This document shows positions 18,721-26,725 of a DNA stretch of 40,739 nt, in pieces. A model generated the notes under the pieces. It searched no databases. It was given only the letters and a program-made list of their open reading frames with translations, and was not told where the DNA came from. Every line of letters begins with the position of its first letter. Within the stretch, counting starts at the first letter, position 1. The DNA comes from a bacterium (lineage in GTDB: Bacteria; UBA8248), in NCBI GenBank assembly GCA_963692865.2, contig CAXXHI010000004.1, positions 1 to 40,739 on the forward strand. The letters are read 5' to 3'. Both the position numbers and the translations under genes were made by a program.

Positions 18721-19755
18721 TCAGTCCATCACGATCGCCGCGCGGCCCGTAATCGCGCCCGCTTCGAGGCGTTCGTGCACTTTTTCGGCTTCTTCGAGCC
18801 GGTAGGTTTCCGTTACCAGCGGCCAGACGTCTCCGCGCGCGCAAAGTTCGAGTGATTCGATGATCTCCTGCTTGGTGAACGAGCGGCTGCCCATGACCTC
18901 GAGCTCCCCGTTCAGGAGGCTCCCGGCGGAGAGGCGAAACGGCTTGGGCGTGAAGCCGCCCAGCGTCACCAGGCGGCCTCCCATATCGAGAGCTTCGGCG
19001 GCGGCTTCGAGCGTGGTGTCCTGGGAGACGAAATCGATAGCCACGTTCACGCCCAAGCCCCCAGTGAGTTCGAGCAGCGCCTCCGTCACGTCGTCCTTCG
19101 AGGCGTCGACGGTGGCCTCCGCCCCGAGTTCTTTGCACTGGGCCAGTTTTTGTTCTGAGACGTCCACGGCGATGACGCGCGCGTTCGCCCAGCGGGCGAG
19201 CATGACCATGTGGATCCCCACGCCGCCGCCCGCCCCGATGACGGCGACGGTCTCCATCGGTTCGATCCGCGCGCGGCGCAGCACCTTGTAGGGGGTGGCG
19301 ATGGCGTCGCAGATGACGGCCGCCTCGGCGGGGTGGGCCTTGTAGTCCAGACCCTCCGGTATGTGGACGTAATTCTTCGCGGGAAGGTTGATGTATTCGG
19401 CGTAGCCGCCGTCTCGGTGCCTGCCGACGAAGCCCGCCATGTTGTCGCATATCGGTTCCCTGTTCACCCGGCACCAGCGGCAGTGCCCGCACGTGAGATA
19501 GCAGTGGAAGGTGACGACGTCGCCCGCCCGCACGTTCGAGACGCCGGCACCCGTCTCGACGATCTCCCCAACCACCTCGTGGCCGATGATCATAGGGTAA
19601 TCGATCTCCGCGCGGCCCGCGCGCGCGTGGTGAATCGTGAGGCCCGAGCCGCAGGCGATGACGCGCGCCACGGCTTCGCCCTCTCCGGGCGCGGGGTCGG
19701 GCACGTCTTCAAATGAAAAGGGCGCTCCTTTTTCCCTCAAAACCATGGCTTTCAT
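18721..19755 (-). CDS. Zn-binding medium-chain alcohol dehydrogenase family
   Basis: GHEVVGEI, structural Zn CGHCRWC...C and GAGGGVG; GAAGGAG RBS before ATG 19755. Confidence 0.92.
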   Translation of the reverse strand: MKAMVLREKGAPFSFEDVPDPAPGEGEAVARVIACGSGLTIHHARAGRAEIDYPMIIGHEVVGEIVETGAGVSNVRAGDVVTFHCYLTCGHCRWCRVNREPICDNMAGFVGRHRDGGYAEYINLPAKNYVHIPEGLDYKAHPAEAAVICDAIATPYKVLRRARIEPMETVAVIGAGGGVGIHMVMLARWANARVIAVDVSEQKLAQCKELGAEATVDASKDDVTEALLELTGGLGVNVAIDFVSQDTTLEAAAEALDMGGRLVTLGGFTPKPFRLSAGSLLNGELEVMGSRSFTKQEIIESLELCARGDVWPLVTETYRLEEAEKVHERLEAGAITGRAAIVMD

Positions 19756-19817
19756 GAGAGTCTCCTTCCCGGAAATCTCTTCGCGGCGCGAAAACGTGAG
19801 CATTTGTGGGTGAAAGT

Positions 19818-19850
19818 GGACAATATATCGGGATTGCAGGCAAATGGCCA
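19818..19850 (-). promoter_or_regulatory. Putative promoter, copy 1 of a duplicated upstream region
   Basis: On the minus strand TGGCCA-17nt-TATATT; the 20-bp core GGACAATATATCGGGATTGC is identical to 21337-21356. Confidence 0.5.
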
Positions 19851-19983
19851 CAGGGGAGGCGCGGGGGCGGCGGGGGAATCGAAGCGCCCGAATTTTGGTT
19901 GACCCGCCGCCGGTCCCGCGGAAACGAGATCGCGGGAGGGTTCGTTGCACCAGGAACGGCGAAGCCCGCATCGCGGGGCGGAC

Positions 19984-21270
19984 CTATCGTTCATACGGCT
20001 CCGCGCCGACCGTCTCGATCCGCTCGTCCGGCGTGAAACGCCAGATGCCGACGTGGCCCCGGCGCAGGTCGCCGTTCTCGTCCCAGTCCAGCGACGTGGC
20101 CGCGCCCTCGTAATCGACCTCTCCGCCTCCGGCGAGAATGCGGAGAGCGTCGGCGACGCCCCGCGGGCCTGCGGTCACGACGACGCCCGGGCCCGCTCCG
20201 ACGGCGCGCAACCGGTCGCGGATGGCGGCGCCGTCCAGACTGCCGGCCGCCTGGGCCGCCAGGGCCAGAGCGACGGTGGCGTCATAGGTCTCCCGGACGT
20301 AGGCGAACACGGGCAGGGAACCGTATTCGGCGACGTAGGCGGCGTCCCACGCGCGTGAGGAGGCGGTCCGGGCCGTGGTCGCCAGTCCGCCGCCGGAACC
20401 GTACATGCCGCCGAGCCGGTCTCCCCCGATAGAGCGGACCAGATACGGACGCTTGGCGGCGTCGCCGAACGTGAAGGTGCGGTAGATGCCCTGCGCGAGC
20501 GCCTCTTGCACCATGGTTTCGGCGTCCGTCTCGAAAGCGATCACGACCAGGGCCTTCGCGCCCTCGCTTGCGGATTCGCGCAGAGCGTCGACGAAGCTGC
20601 TCCGGCCCCGGGAAAACGCAACCGCCTTGAGCTTCCCCTTCCACGCGGCCATGAAGGAGGCGGCGAGTCCTCTTCCCCATGCGTCGTCGACATAGAGCAT
20701 CCCGACGTTGCCGCCGCCCCGTTCGCGCGTGATGCGGGCGAGGACGGGGCCCTGCGCGACGTCGGAGAGGACGGTTCGAAAAAAGAAGCCGCGGTCGGCC
20801 GCTTTCGTCAGTTTGGGCGAGGAGGCCGAGAAACTGATCGTGGGCACCCCCGCCGGGCCGATGACGCGCTCCGCCACGGGCAGGGCGTTGGCGCTGGAAT
20901 TGGGGCCGACGATGGCGTGGACGCGCTCGATTTCTATGAGACGCCGCGCCTGCTCGACCGCCTTTTCCGGGTCCGACGTGGTGTCCCCGACGGCGAACTC
21001 CACGGGCCGGCCGAGCACGCCGCCGCCCTGGTTGACGTGTTTGGCGGCGAGTTCGAAGGCGCGCTGCCTGTCCCTGTACACCTCTTTGGAGCCGCTGCTG
21101 TAGTTCATCAGCAGACCGAGCTTCAGCGGGGCGGCGTGCGCAAGCGCAGCCCCGGCGAGGCCGCCGTACGCGGCGGCCATGAAGATCGCCAAAAAGCGGA
21201 TCAGACGGATCATGCGGGCCGCGCCGCATGGAGGTGGAATCACGTTCGCTTTCGACGCCGTGGCCTTCAT
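19984..21270 (-). CDS. Orphan branched-chain-amino-acid-type (LivJ/LivK family) ABC substrate-binding protein
   Basis: Signal peptide (AHA-AP), LKLGLL, N..GGVLGRPVE...GD, VGPNSS, FFFRT...D..QG and YDA motifs; GGAGG RBS. No permease nearby. Confidence 0.9.
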   Translation of the reverse strand: MKATASKANVIPPPCGAARMIRLIRFLAIFMAAAYGGLAGAALAHAAPLKLGLLMNYSSGSKEVYRDRQRAFELAAKHVNQGGGVLGRPVEFAVGDTTSDPEKAVEQARRLIEIERVHAIVGPNSSANALPVAERVIGPAGVPTISFSASSPKLTKAADRGFFFRTVLSDVAQGPVLARITRERGGGNVGMLYVDDAWGRGLAASFMAAWKGKLKAVAFSRGRSSFVDALRESASEGAKALVVIAFETDAETMVQEALAQGIYRTFTFGDAAKRPYLVRSIGGDRLGGMYGSGGGLATTARTASSRAWDAAYVAEYGSLPVFAYVRETYDATVALALAAQAAGSLDGAAIRDRLRAVGAGPGVVVTAGPRGVADALRILAGGGEVDYEGAATSLDWDENGDLRRGHVGIWRFTPDERIETVGAEPYER

Positions 21271-21336
21271 GCGAACCTCCTCCCGGGAGAATCTCCGCGC
21301 GCGCCGCCGAGGGCGCGAACATGTATGATCGATGGC

Positions 21337-21369
21337 GGACAATATATCGGGATTGCGGAGAAATGACTA
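21337..21369 (-). promoter_or_regulatory. Putative promoter, copy 2 of the duplicated upstream region
   Basis: On the minus strand TAGTCA-17nt-TATATT; same 20-bp core as 19818-19837. Confidence 0.5.
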
Positions 21370-21501
21370 CGGCGCAGCGGCGGAATTATATACAATGGGC
21401 ATGGATGAAAATGCGCCGTAAACTCCGTGTAGTGTTAGCCGTCCGACCGATGTTGCGTGAAAGCCGGGGGGGGGTTGTTCGGCCCTCGGAAAGGGATGGA
21501 G

Positions 21502-22905
21502 ATGAAACCCTCGGGAATCTTCTGCGCGATCGTTCTCATCGTCATGTCGCTGCACGGTTGCGGCGGCGGGAGCGGGGGAGGCGCCGCCGGGCCACCGCCC
21601 GCCCCGCCCGCGGCGACGCCCCCGGCCGGGCCGCCACCCCCCGCCCGGGCGGCGCAGGCGCCCGTTTTCGATTTCGGCGGCGCCGCGCATATCGGGATGG
21701 CCGCCGCGCCTCCGCCCGGAGAACTCGAACCGGCGGGAGCACGCAACGGGGCGGCGGTCTCGAAGGGGTCGGTGAAGGGCGGCGCCGCCGCCGCAGACGT
21801 CATCGCGTATCTGCGGCTGATGGCGACTTATCCCGACGCCGCGGGACTCGCGACGTTCTCTCGTCCGCCGACCGTTCGCGTCGTCGAGGGGACGAACGAG
21901 ACATACGCCGGCCATGCGGTGCGCGCCGTCCAAATCGTCAACGCCGCCTTGCCTCCCGACAAGCGCGTTTCGTTCGATGATTCTCCCGCTCCGGATCCGG
22001 TGGACGTCGAAGACGTGCCGCGCGGCGGCATCCATATCGAATTCATTCCGCAGTCCCGATGGCCGGCGGGGAGCGTTGCGGGCGAGAGGGCGGTCGGCAG
22101 TACGCAACTGCAAACGCTCTCCAGGTTCAACTCCCGGACGCGGCGAAACGACATCGTGGAAGCCGACTCCGCCCATATATTGATCGACACCGGAGAAGTC
22201 CGGTATTTCTCCGAGGAAAAAACCGTCTACGTCCTCGTTCACGAACTGCTCCACGCCCTGGGTTTCGCCAACCATACCGATCCGAAGCGCTTCCCGGACG
22301 CGACTCTCAATCCCAATATCCCGGCGAATCTGCCCCCGTTCCTCTTCTCCCTGATAGACCGGGAGGCGCTGCTCGCGGCGTACGGCAGGTTCCGGCCCGG
22401 CGCGCAGCCCGAAGAAATATCGGCGGAGAGTTTGGCCCCCTGGGATGAGGCGTCGTCGCACGTTCGAGGCGATCTGGGCATTCCGGGCGGGGCGGTTTCC
22501 TTCGGCGCCGCTTTCAGGAACGGCCTGGCGCAACCCTGGGCCACGGGGCCTGAGCCGCCGATGGCTCTGGCGCAAAACGCGGCGTTGTCCGGGACCGCCG
22601 CCTGGAGCGGCGCGCTGCTGGGTTTGACGCCGTCAGGCGAGGTTGTCGTCGGCGATTCTCTTCTTTCGGTCGATCTGGCGGATCTGGGCGGACAACTCGA
22701 CTTCACCGACATGCAGTTCGACGGCGGCGCGAGATGGGGGGACGGCGGCCTCGGCTACGCGGTCGAAGTGCGCGGCAACGCCTTCTCCCGTTCGGGTGGA
22801 GACGAAGGGGTCGTCACGGGCGCGTTCTTCGGCGCGAGGCACGAGGGGATGGGCGGCGTTCTCGAACGCTCCGACCTCTCCGCCGGCTTCGGGGGCAAAC
22901 GATAG
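21502..22905 (+). CDS. Predicted lipoprotein with a zinc-metallopeptidase motif and a TbpB-like C-terminal beta-barrel
   Basis: Lipobox SLHG-C, Gly/Pro-rich linker, HELLHALGFANH, and C-terminus LSGTAAWSGALLG...VTGAFFGARHEGMGGVLERSDLSAGFGGKR. Confidence 0.75.
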   Translation: MKPSGIFCAIVLIVMSLHGCGGGSGGGAAGPPPAPPAATPPAGPPPPARAAQAPVFDFGGAAHIGMAAAPPPGELEPAGARNGAAVSKGSVKGGAAAADVIAYLRLMATYPDAAGLATFSRPPTVRVVEGTNETYAGHAVRAVQIVNAALPPDKRVSFDDSPAPDPVDVEDVPRGGIHIEFIPQSRWPAGSVAGERAVGSTQLQTLSRFNSRTRRNDIVEADSAHILIDTGEVRYFSEEKTVYVLVHELLHALGFANHTDPKRFPDATLNPNIPANLPPFLFSLIDREALLAAYGRFRPGAQPEEISAESLAPWDEASSHVRGDLGIPGGAVSFGAAFRNGLAQPWATGPEPPMALAQNAALSGTAAWSGALLGLTPSGEVVVGDSLLSVDLADLGGQLDFTDMQFDGGARWGDGGLGYAVEVRGNAFSRSGGDEGVVTGAFFGARHEGMGGVLERSDLSAGFGGKR

Positions 22906-22975
22906 GGCTCTACTCGCAGGCTCCGTTTCTTGTCCATCCTGCATGGAAGCGGAGTGTCTTGTTTACTCCCTCTAT

Positions 22976-23577
22976 AGGGTCTGTTGAAAACCCTCAAGGG
23001 AGGAGGGAATCCCGAACATCGAATTGTTCACCGTAGGGACAGGCCTCCGTGGTTGTCCTATTGTAGGATGGTTACAATAAGGACAGGCACGGAGGCCTGT
23101 CCCTACGGGATCATCACGCCTCGCGCCGGGGAGATGTCCCCCATCCTTCGATACGGCGCTTGCGCGCCTACTCAGGATGAGGGCTTCAGGGGTTCTGCAA
23201 AGCCCGTTCGGGACGGTGGTTTGGAGCCGACCGGGATAAGAGAGGAGACAACACTCTCCCATTGTAGAGCACTCAACAACCACTCTCCCTCTATGGGGTC
23301 TCTTGAAAAACCTTGATGTGAGAGGTTTTGCCGTCATTCCGGCGAAAGCCGGAATCCATTTTTACGCCTTTTGCTTTTCGTCCGGGTTCCCGCGCATCGG
23401 CGGGGGAATGAAACGCCGTCGTGTATTCACCCGCGCCCGCAAATGGATTCCGGCTTTCGCCGGAATGACGATCAAGAGCAAAGGTGCGCATGTATGTGGT
23501 TGTAGAAAAAGCCCCCTTGCCCCCTCCTCAGGGGATAGAAGCGACACCCCCGGCGAGGGCTTTTTCAACTGGCCTCT
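22976..23577. mobile_element. Composite/nested MITE-like region B with several REP families
   Basis: Left-type ends at ~22976 (GGGTCTGTTGAAAA), ~23295 (GGGGTCTCTTGAAAAA) and ~23496; right end GGCTTTTTCAACTGGCCTC. Contains a GTAG-REP pair at 23033-23106, an ATCCTTCGA...CTCAGGATGAG hairpin at ~23143-23182 and a REP doublet at 23332-23470. Confidence 0.65.
23332..23470. repeat. 139-bp inverted REP doublet (REPIN-like), near-copy of 29721-29859
   Basis: CGTCATTCCGGCGAAAGCCGGAATCCA...TGGATTCCGGCTTTCGCCGGAATGACG; the spacer is also similar between the two copies. Confidence 0.85.
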
Positions 23578-24491
23578 ATGGCGGCGAGGGATTTCGCGGC
23601 CCAGTCGCAGCCCACCTGGCTCGCCCACAGGTCCATGAGGCGCTTGGTGACGGGGCCGGGAGCGCCGTGCGCCATCCGGGTTCCGTCGATGGAGGAGACC
23701 GGGAGGATGCAGATGCTGTTCCCGGTGTGGAAGGCCTCGTCCGCGATCAGCAGGTCGTAGCGCGTCAGGTTGGCTTCGCGAACCGGGATGCCGAGTTCCT
23801 TCGCCATGTCGATGACGTGGGTGCGCGTGACGCCGACCAGGCAGTTGTGATCCGTCGGAGTGAGGATTTCGCCGTCTCTCACGAAGAAGCAGTTGTAGCC
23901 CGACCCCTCGGCCACGAAGCCGTGGATGTCGAGCATGATGGGCCACGCGCCCGCCTCGGCGGCCTGGAAGTCGGCCTGCACGTGGTTCATCTTGTTGCCT
24001 ACCTTGGCGCGGGGTTCGAGGCACTCCGGCGGTATGCGGCGCACGCCGGTGACGACCGAGGGCACGCCTTCCCTGTAGCCGTGGGCGTAGCGCGTGTAAT
24101 CCATCGGCAGGGTGAAGATGACCACCGTGTGCGCCCCGTGCGTGTGGGTGGCGGCGGAACTGATGCCGCCGCCGCGCGTCACCCAGTGGTTGATGCGGAA
24201 TTCCTCTCCCTCGGCGTACACGCCGCGGTTTCGCTCGATGAGATCCATGGTGAGGGCTTCCATCTCGTCCGCGTTCATGCCGGGGTCGAGCCGCGCGTAG
24301 CGGCATGAAAGATAGAGCCTGTCGATGTGCGCCCTCAGGCGCCAGGGCTGGCCGCCGAACGTGCGCGATGCGTCGTACACGCCATCGCCGTAGAGGAAGC
24401 CGCGATCCAGGATGGACACGGTCGCTTCTGATTCCGGCACGAACCGGCCCTTGACGTAGGCGATTCTCTCACTCAATTCCACACCCTCCAT
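23565..24491 (-). CDS. PLP-dependent class IV aminotransferase (IlvE/D-amino-acid transaminase/PabC family)
   Basis: SILDRGFLYGDGVYD, HIDRL, catalytic Lys in RAKVGN, EGSGYN, LVGVTR and ADEAF.TG motifs. Confidence 0.93.
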   Translation of the reverse strand: MEGVELSERIAYVKGRFVPESEATVSILDRGFLYGDGVYDASRTFGGQPWRLRAHIDRLYLSCRYARLDPGMNADEMEALTMDLIERNRGVYAEGEEFRINHWVTRGGGISSAATHTHGAHTVVIFTLPMDYTRYAHGYREGVPSVVTGVRRIPPECLEPRAKVGNKMNHVQADFQAAEAGAWPIMLDIHGFVAEGSGYNCFFVRDGEILTPTDHNCLVGVTRTHVIDMAKELGIPVREANLTRYDLLIADEAFHTGNSICILPVSSIDGTRMAHGAPGPVTKRLMDLWASQVGCDWAAKSLAAIEAS

Positions 24492-24524
24492 GGTTTGGCA
24501 TCATCGCGTCATTCACGGTTTATC

Positions 24525-25673
24525 TTACAGCAACTCCATCGCGGCGGAGCGCGCGGCGTGGCCCATACCGAAGGCATGAGAAAAGGCCACGGCGTCGCGC
24601 ACCAGCCGTTCCATGGGCGCTTCTGTCATGTAGCCCGCGCCTCCCCACACCTCCATCGAGCGGCGCGCGACGCGCTCGCACGATTCGGTTGCGAAGGCCT
24701 TCGCCAGAAAGCTCCGCCAGGGTTCCGCGTTCTCGCCATGCTCCGCCGTCCAGGCCGCCGCCTGGAGGCTTCTCCTGGCGGCGTCGAGTTCCATCAGGTT
24801 ATCACAAAGCATGAAGCCCACCGTCTGGTGCTCGATGATGGGTTTTCCTCCCTGCACGCGTTCTCTTGCATGGTCGTGTGCGTGCTCAAAGGATTTCCTC
24901 GCGCATCCGACCGCCGCCGCCGCAGGCAGGATGCGTGTGGCGTGCGCCGCGTCCCGCCACTTCTCGTCCGTGCAATCGAGCGGATGATCGAGCCGCACGC
25001 CTTCAAAGCGCAGGTCGACGTCCTGGCAGGAGCGCATCCCCATCGGGTCATGATGATGAGCGACTGCGATTCCTCCTCCCTTCCGGTTTTCCAGCAGAAA
25101 GACCCGCCGACCGCTTTCGTCCGTAGGACCTGATTCCAGCAGATATAGGCCGGCGGCCGCGCCGTTCAGCACGTGCCGCGCACCGCCATTGAGACGCAGG
25201 CCGTTGCCGTCCTGCTGTATGGCCGCACTCTGGCGCGCATCGGAGGGATATGGGCTTTTATCTTCAGGCGCGGGCGCTTCGCCGATTTTCACGTGGGCCA
25301 GATGGAGCGCGCGATCCTGTACGAAATTTTCCGCGAACGCCGCGAAGCCCGCTTCGTCCCACAGGCGGGAAACGGCGTTTGCGAGCGCCCAGTCCTGAGC
25401 GTAGATGACGCCCACGCCCAAATCCCCCCAGCCGATCTCCTCCGCCACGAAGCACAGGCTGAGCAGATCGGCTTCCCCTCCGCCGTAGCTTTCCGGGAGG
25501 GAGAGTGTGCGCAGGCCGAGAGCGTCGCCTTTGTCCAGGATCTCCCCGGGAAAGCGTTTCTCCGGGTCTTTTTCCTCGTCGAGCGCATCCGAGTGCTGTG
25601 CGATTTCCTGACGCGCGAAGTCGCGCGCCAGGCCCTGAAGCGCGAGAGTGGCCTCCCCGGGAGCGAAATCCAT
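24525..25673 (-). CDS. Acyl-CoA dehydrogenase family protein with a degenerate FAD-binding segment
   Basis: Close paralogue of 17515-18690 (EEIGWGDLGV, QGGKPIIEHQ, VWGGAGYM.E.PMERLVRD) but lacks the TEPxxGS motif and the catalytic Glu. Confidence 0.88.
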   Translation of the reverse strand: MDFAPGEATLALQGLARDFARQEIAQHSDALDEEKDPEKRFPGEILDKGDALGLRTLSLPESYGGGEADLLSLCFVAEEIGWGDLGVGVIYAQDWALANAVSRLWDEAGFAAFAENFVQDRALHLAHVKIGEAPAPEDKSPYPSDARQSAAIQQDGNGLRLNGGARHVLNGAAAGLYLLESGPTDESGRRVFLLENRKGGGIAVAHHHDPMGMRSCQDVDLRFEGVRLDHPLDCTDEKWRDAAHATRILPAAAAVGCARKSFEHAHDHARERVQGGKPIIEHQTVGFMLCDNLMELDAARRSLQAAAWTAEHGENAEPWRSFLAKAFATESCERVARRSMEVWGGAGYMTEAPMERLVRDAVAFSHAFGMGHAARSAAMELL

Positions 25674-25708
25674 GCGCCGAATCCTTATAACGCGAGGAAC
25701 GCTGCGAG

Positions 25709-26677
25709 CTAGTCGATGAGGCCCACGCTCTTGAGGTCCGAGGTCAGTTCCGCCTTCTCATCCGCGCTCAGGGGGATCATCGGCGCGCGCGTGGGGCCGC
25801 CGCGCATGCCCATCAGGTCCATCCAGTTCTTGAGCGCGGCGATGGGGAACGCTCCCCGCGTCCAGGGCTCCCACAGCCACTTGTCGGCCACGCGGCGCAT
25901 GGGGTTCATGGACTCGCGCGCGGTCCAGGCTTCCTCGAGGTTCCCCTCGTCGATCAGGTCGGTGTATCGCTGCATCCCCAGGTTGCCCGTGCGCTGCATG
26001 AGGAAGGGATCCGGGCCGCTCATGAAAGTCTGCTGCTTGTGATACGCCCGGCTGAAGAACCACTGGGTCTCCATCGGGTCGCTGACGACTATGTCCTCGC
26101 CGACGGCTTCGCGCACGCCGTCGCAGTGGGGTTTGGGCTGCGCGTTCTTGATGCAGCAGATGTTCTCGTTGTCGTCGACGATCTGGCGGACGAGGCCCGG
26201 CGAGAGGGAATAGCCCGTCGCCGCCGTGTTGAACAGGGACACGCCGATATCCACGTTGCTGCAGAACTCCCGGAAATAAGCGCGCACGCGCTCGGGTATC
26301 CCCTGCGCGCCGAGATAGGGGTTCGCCAGGATCGCATAAGTCGCGCCCGCTTCAATCGCCGCGTTGGTGAGTTCGATGGCTTCTTTCGCCGAGGTGTGGC
26401 CGGTGTGCGCGATGATGGGCACGTCCCCCGCCTCGTCGCAGGCGATCGCCTGGCCGCGCAGGCGCTCTTCCTTGGTGAGGCACCAGAACTCGCCGATCAA
26501 CCCGCCGACGAAAAACCCCTTGATGTCGAGGTCGTCGATGTAGTGGCGGATGTCGGCGCGCAGGCCCGCCTCGTCGATGTTGTCGTTCTCATCGAAGGGG
26601 TAGGGGATGGCGGCCCAGATTCCCTGCATGTTCTCCTTGCAGTAGGCGCGCGCGTCCGATTTCTTGTATGCGGGCAT
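25709..26677 (-). CDS. DHDPS/NAL-family aldolase-like protein
   Basis: GIWAAIPYPF...IDEAGL, GEFWCLT.EER and Schiff-base IKNA; AAGGAG RBS. Confidence 0.87.
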   Translation of the reverse strand: MPAYKKSDARAYCKENMQGIWAAIPYPFDENDNIDEAGLRADIRHYIDDLDIKGFFVGGLIGEFWCLTKEERLRGQAIACDEAGDVPIIAHTGHTSAKEAIELTNAAIEAGATYAILANPYLGAQGIPERVRAYFREFCSNVDIGVSLFNTAATGYSLSPGLVRQIVDDNENICCIKNAQPKPHCDGVREAVGEDIVVSDPMETQWFFSRAYHKQQTFMSGPDPFLMQRTGNLGMQRYTDLIDEGNLEEAWTARESMNPMRRVADKWLWEPWTRGAFPIAALKNWMDLMGMRGGPTRAPMIPLSADEKAELTSDLKSVGLID

Positions 26678-26725
26678 TGCAGTCTCCTTATCGGTTATGT
26701 GACGAAAAACCTCGTATTTTCAAGT

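Noticed and set aside
22984-23638. Short ORFs inside the intergenic repeats (e.g. VIPAKAGIH, WIPAFAGMT peptides)
   Set aside because: These are translations of REP hairpins, a common source of spurious hypothetical proteins.
9302-26677. Assigning dapA, ilvB, panE, ilvE or similar biosynthetic gene symbols
   Set aside because: Family motifs are present, but active-site substitutions and the catabolic context argue against the housekeeping orthologues.
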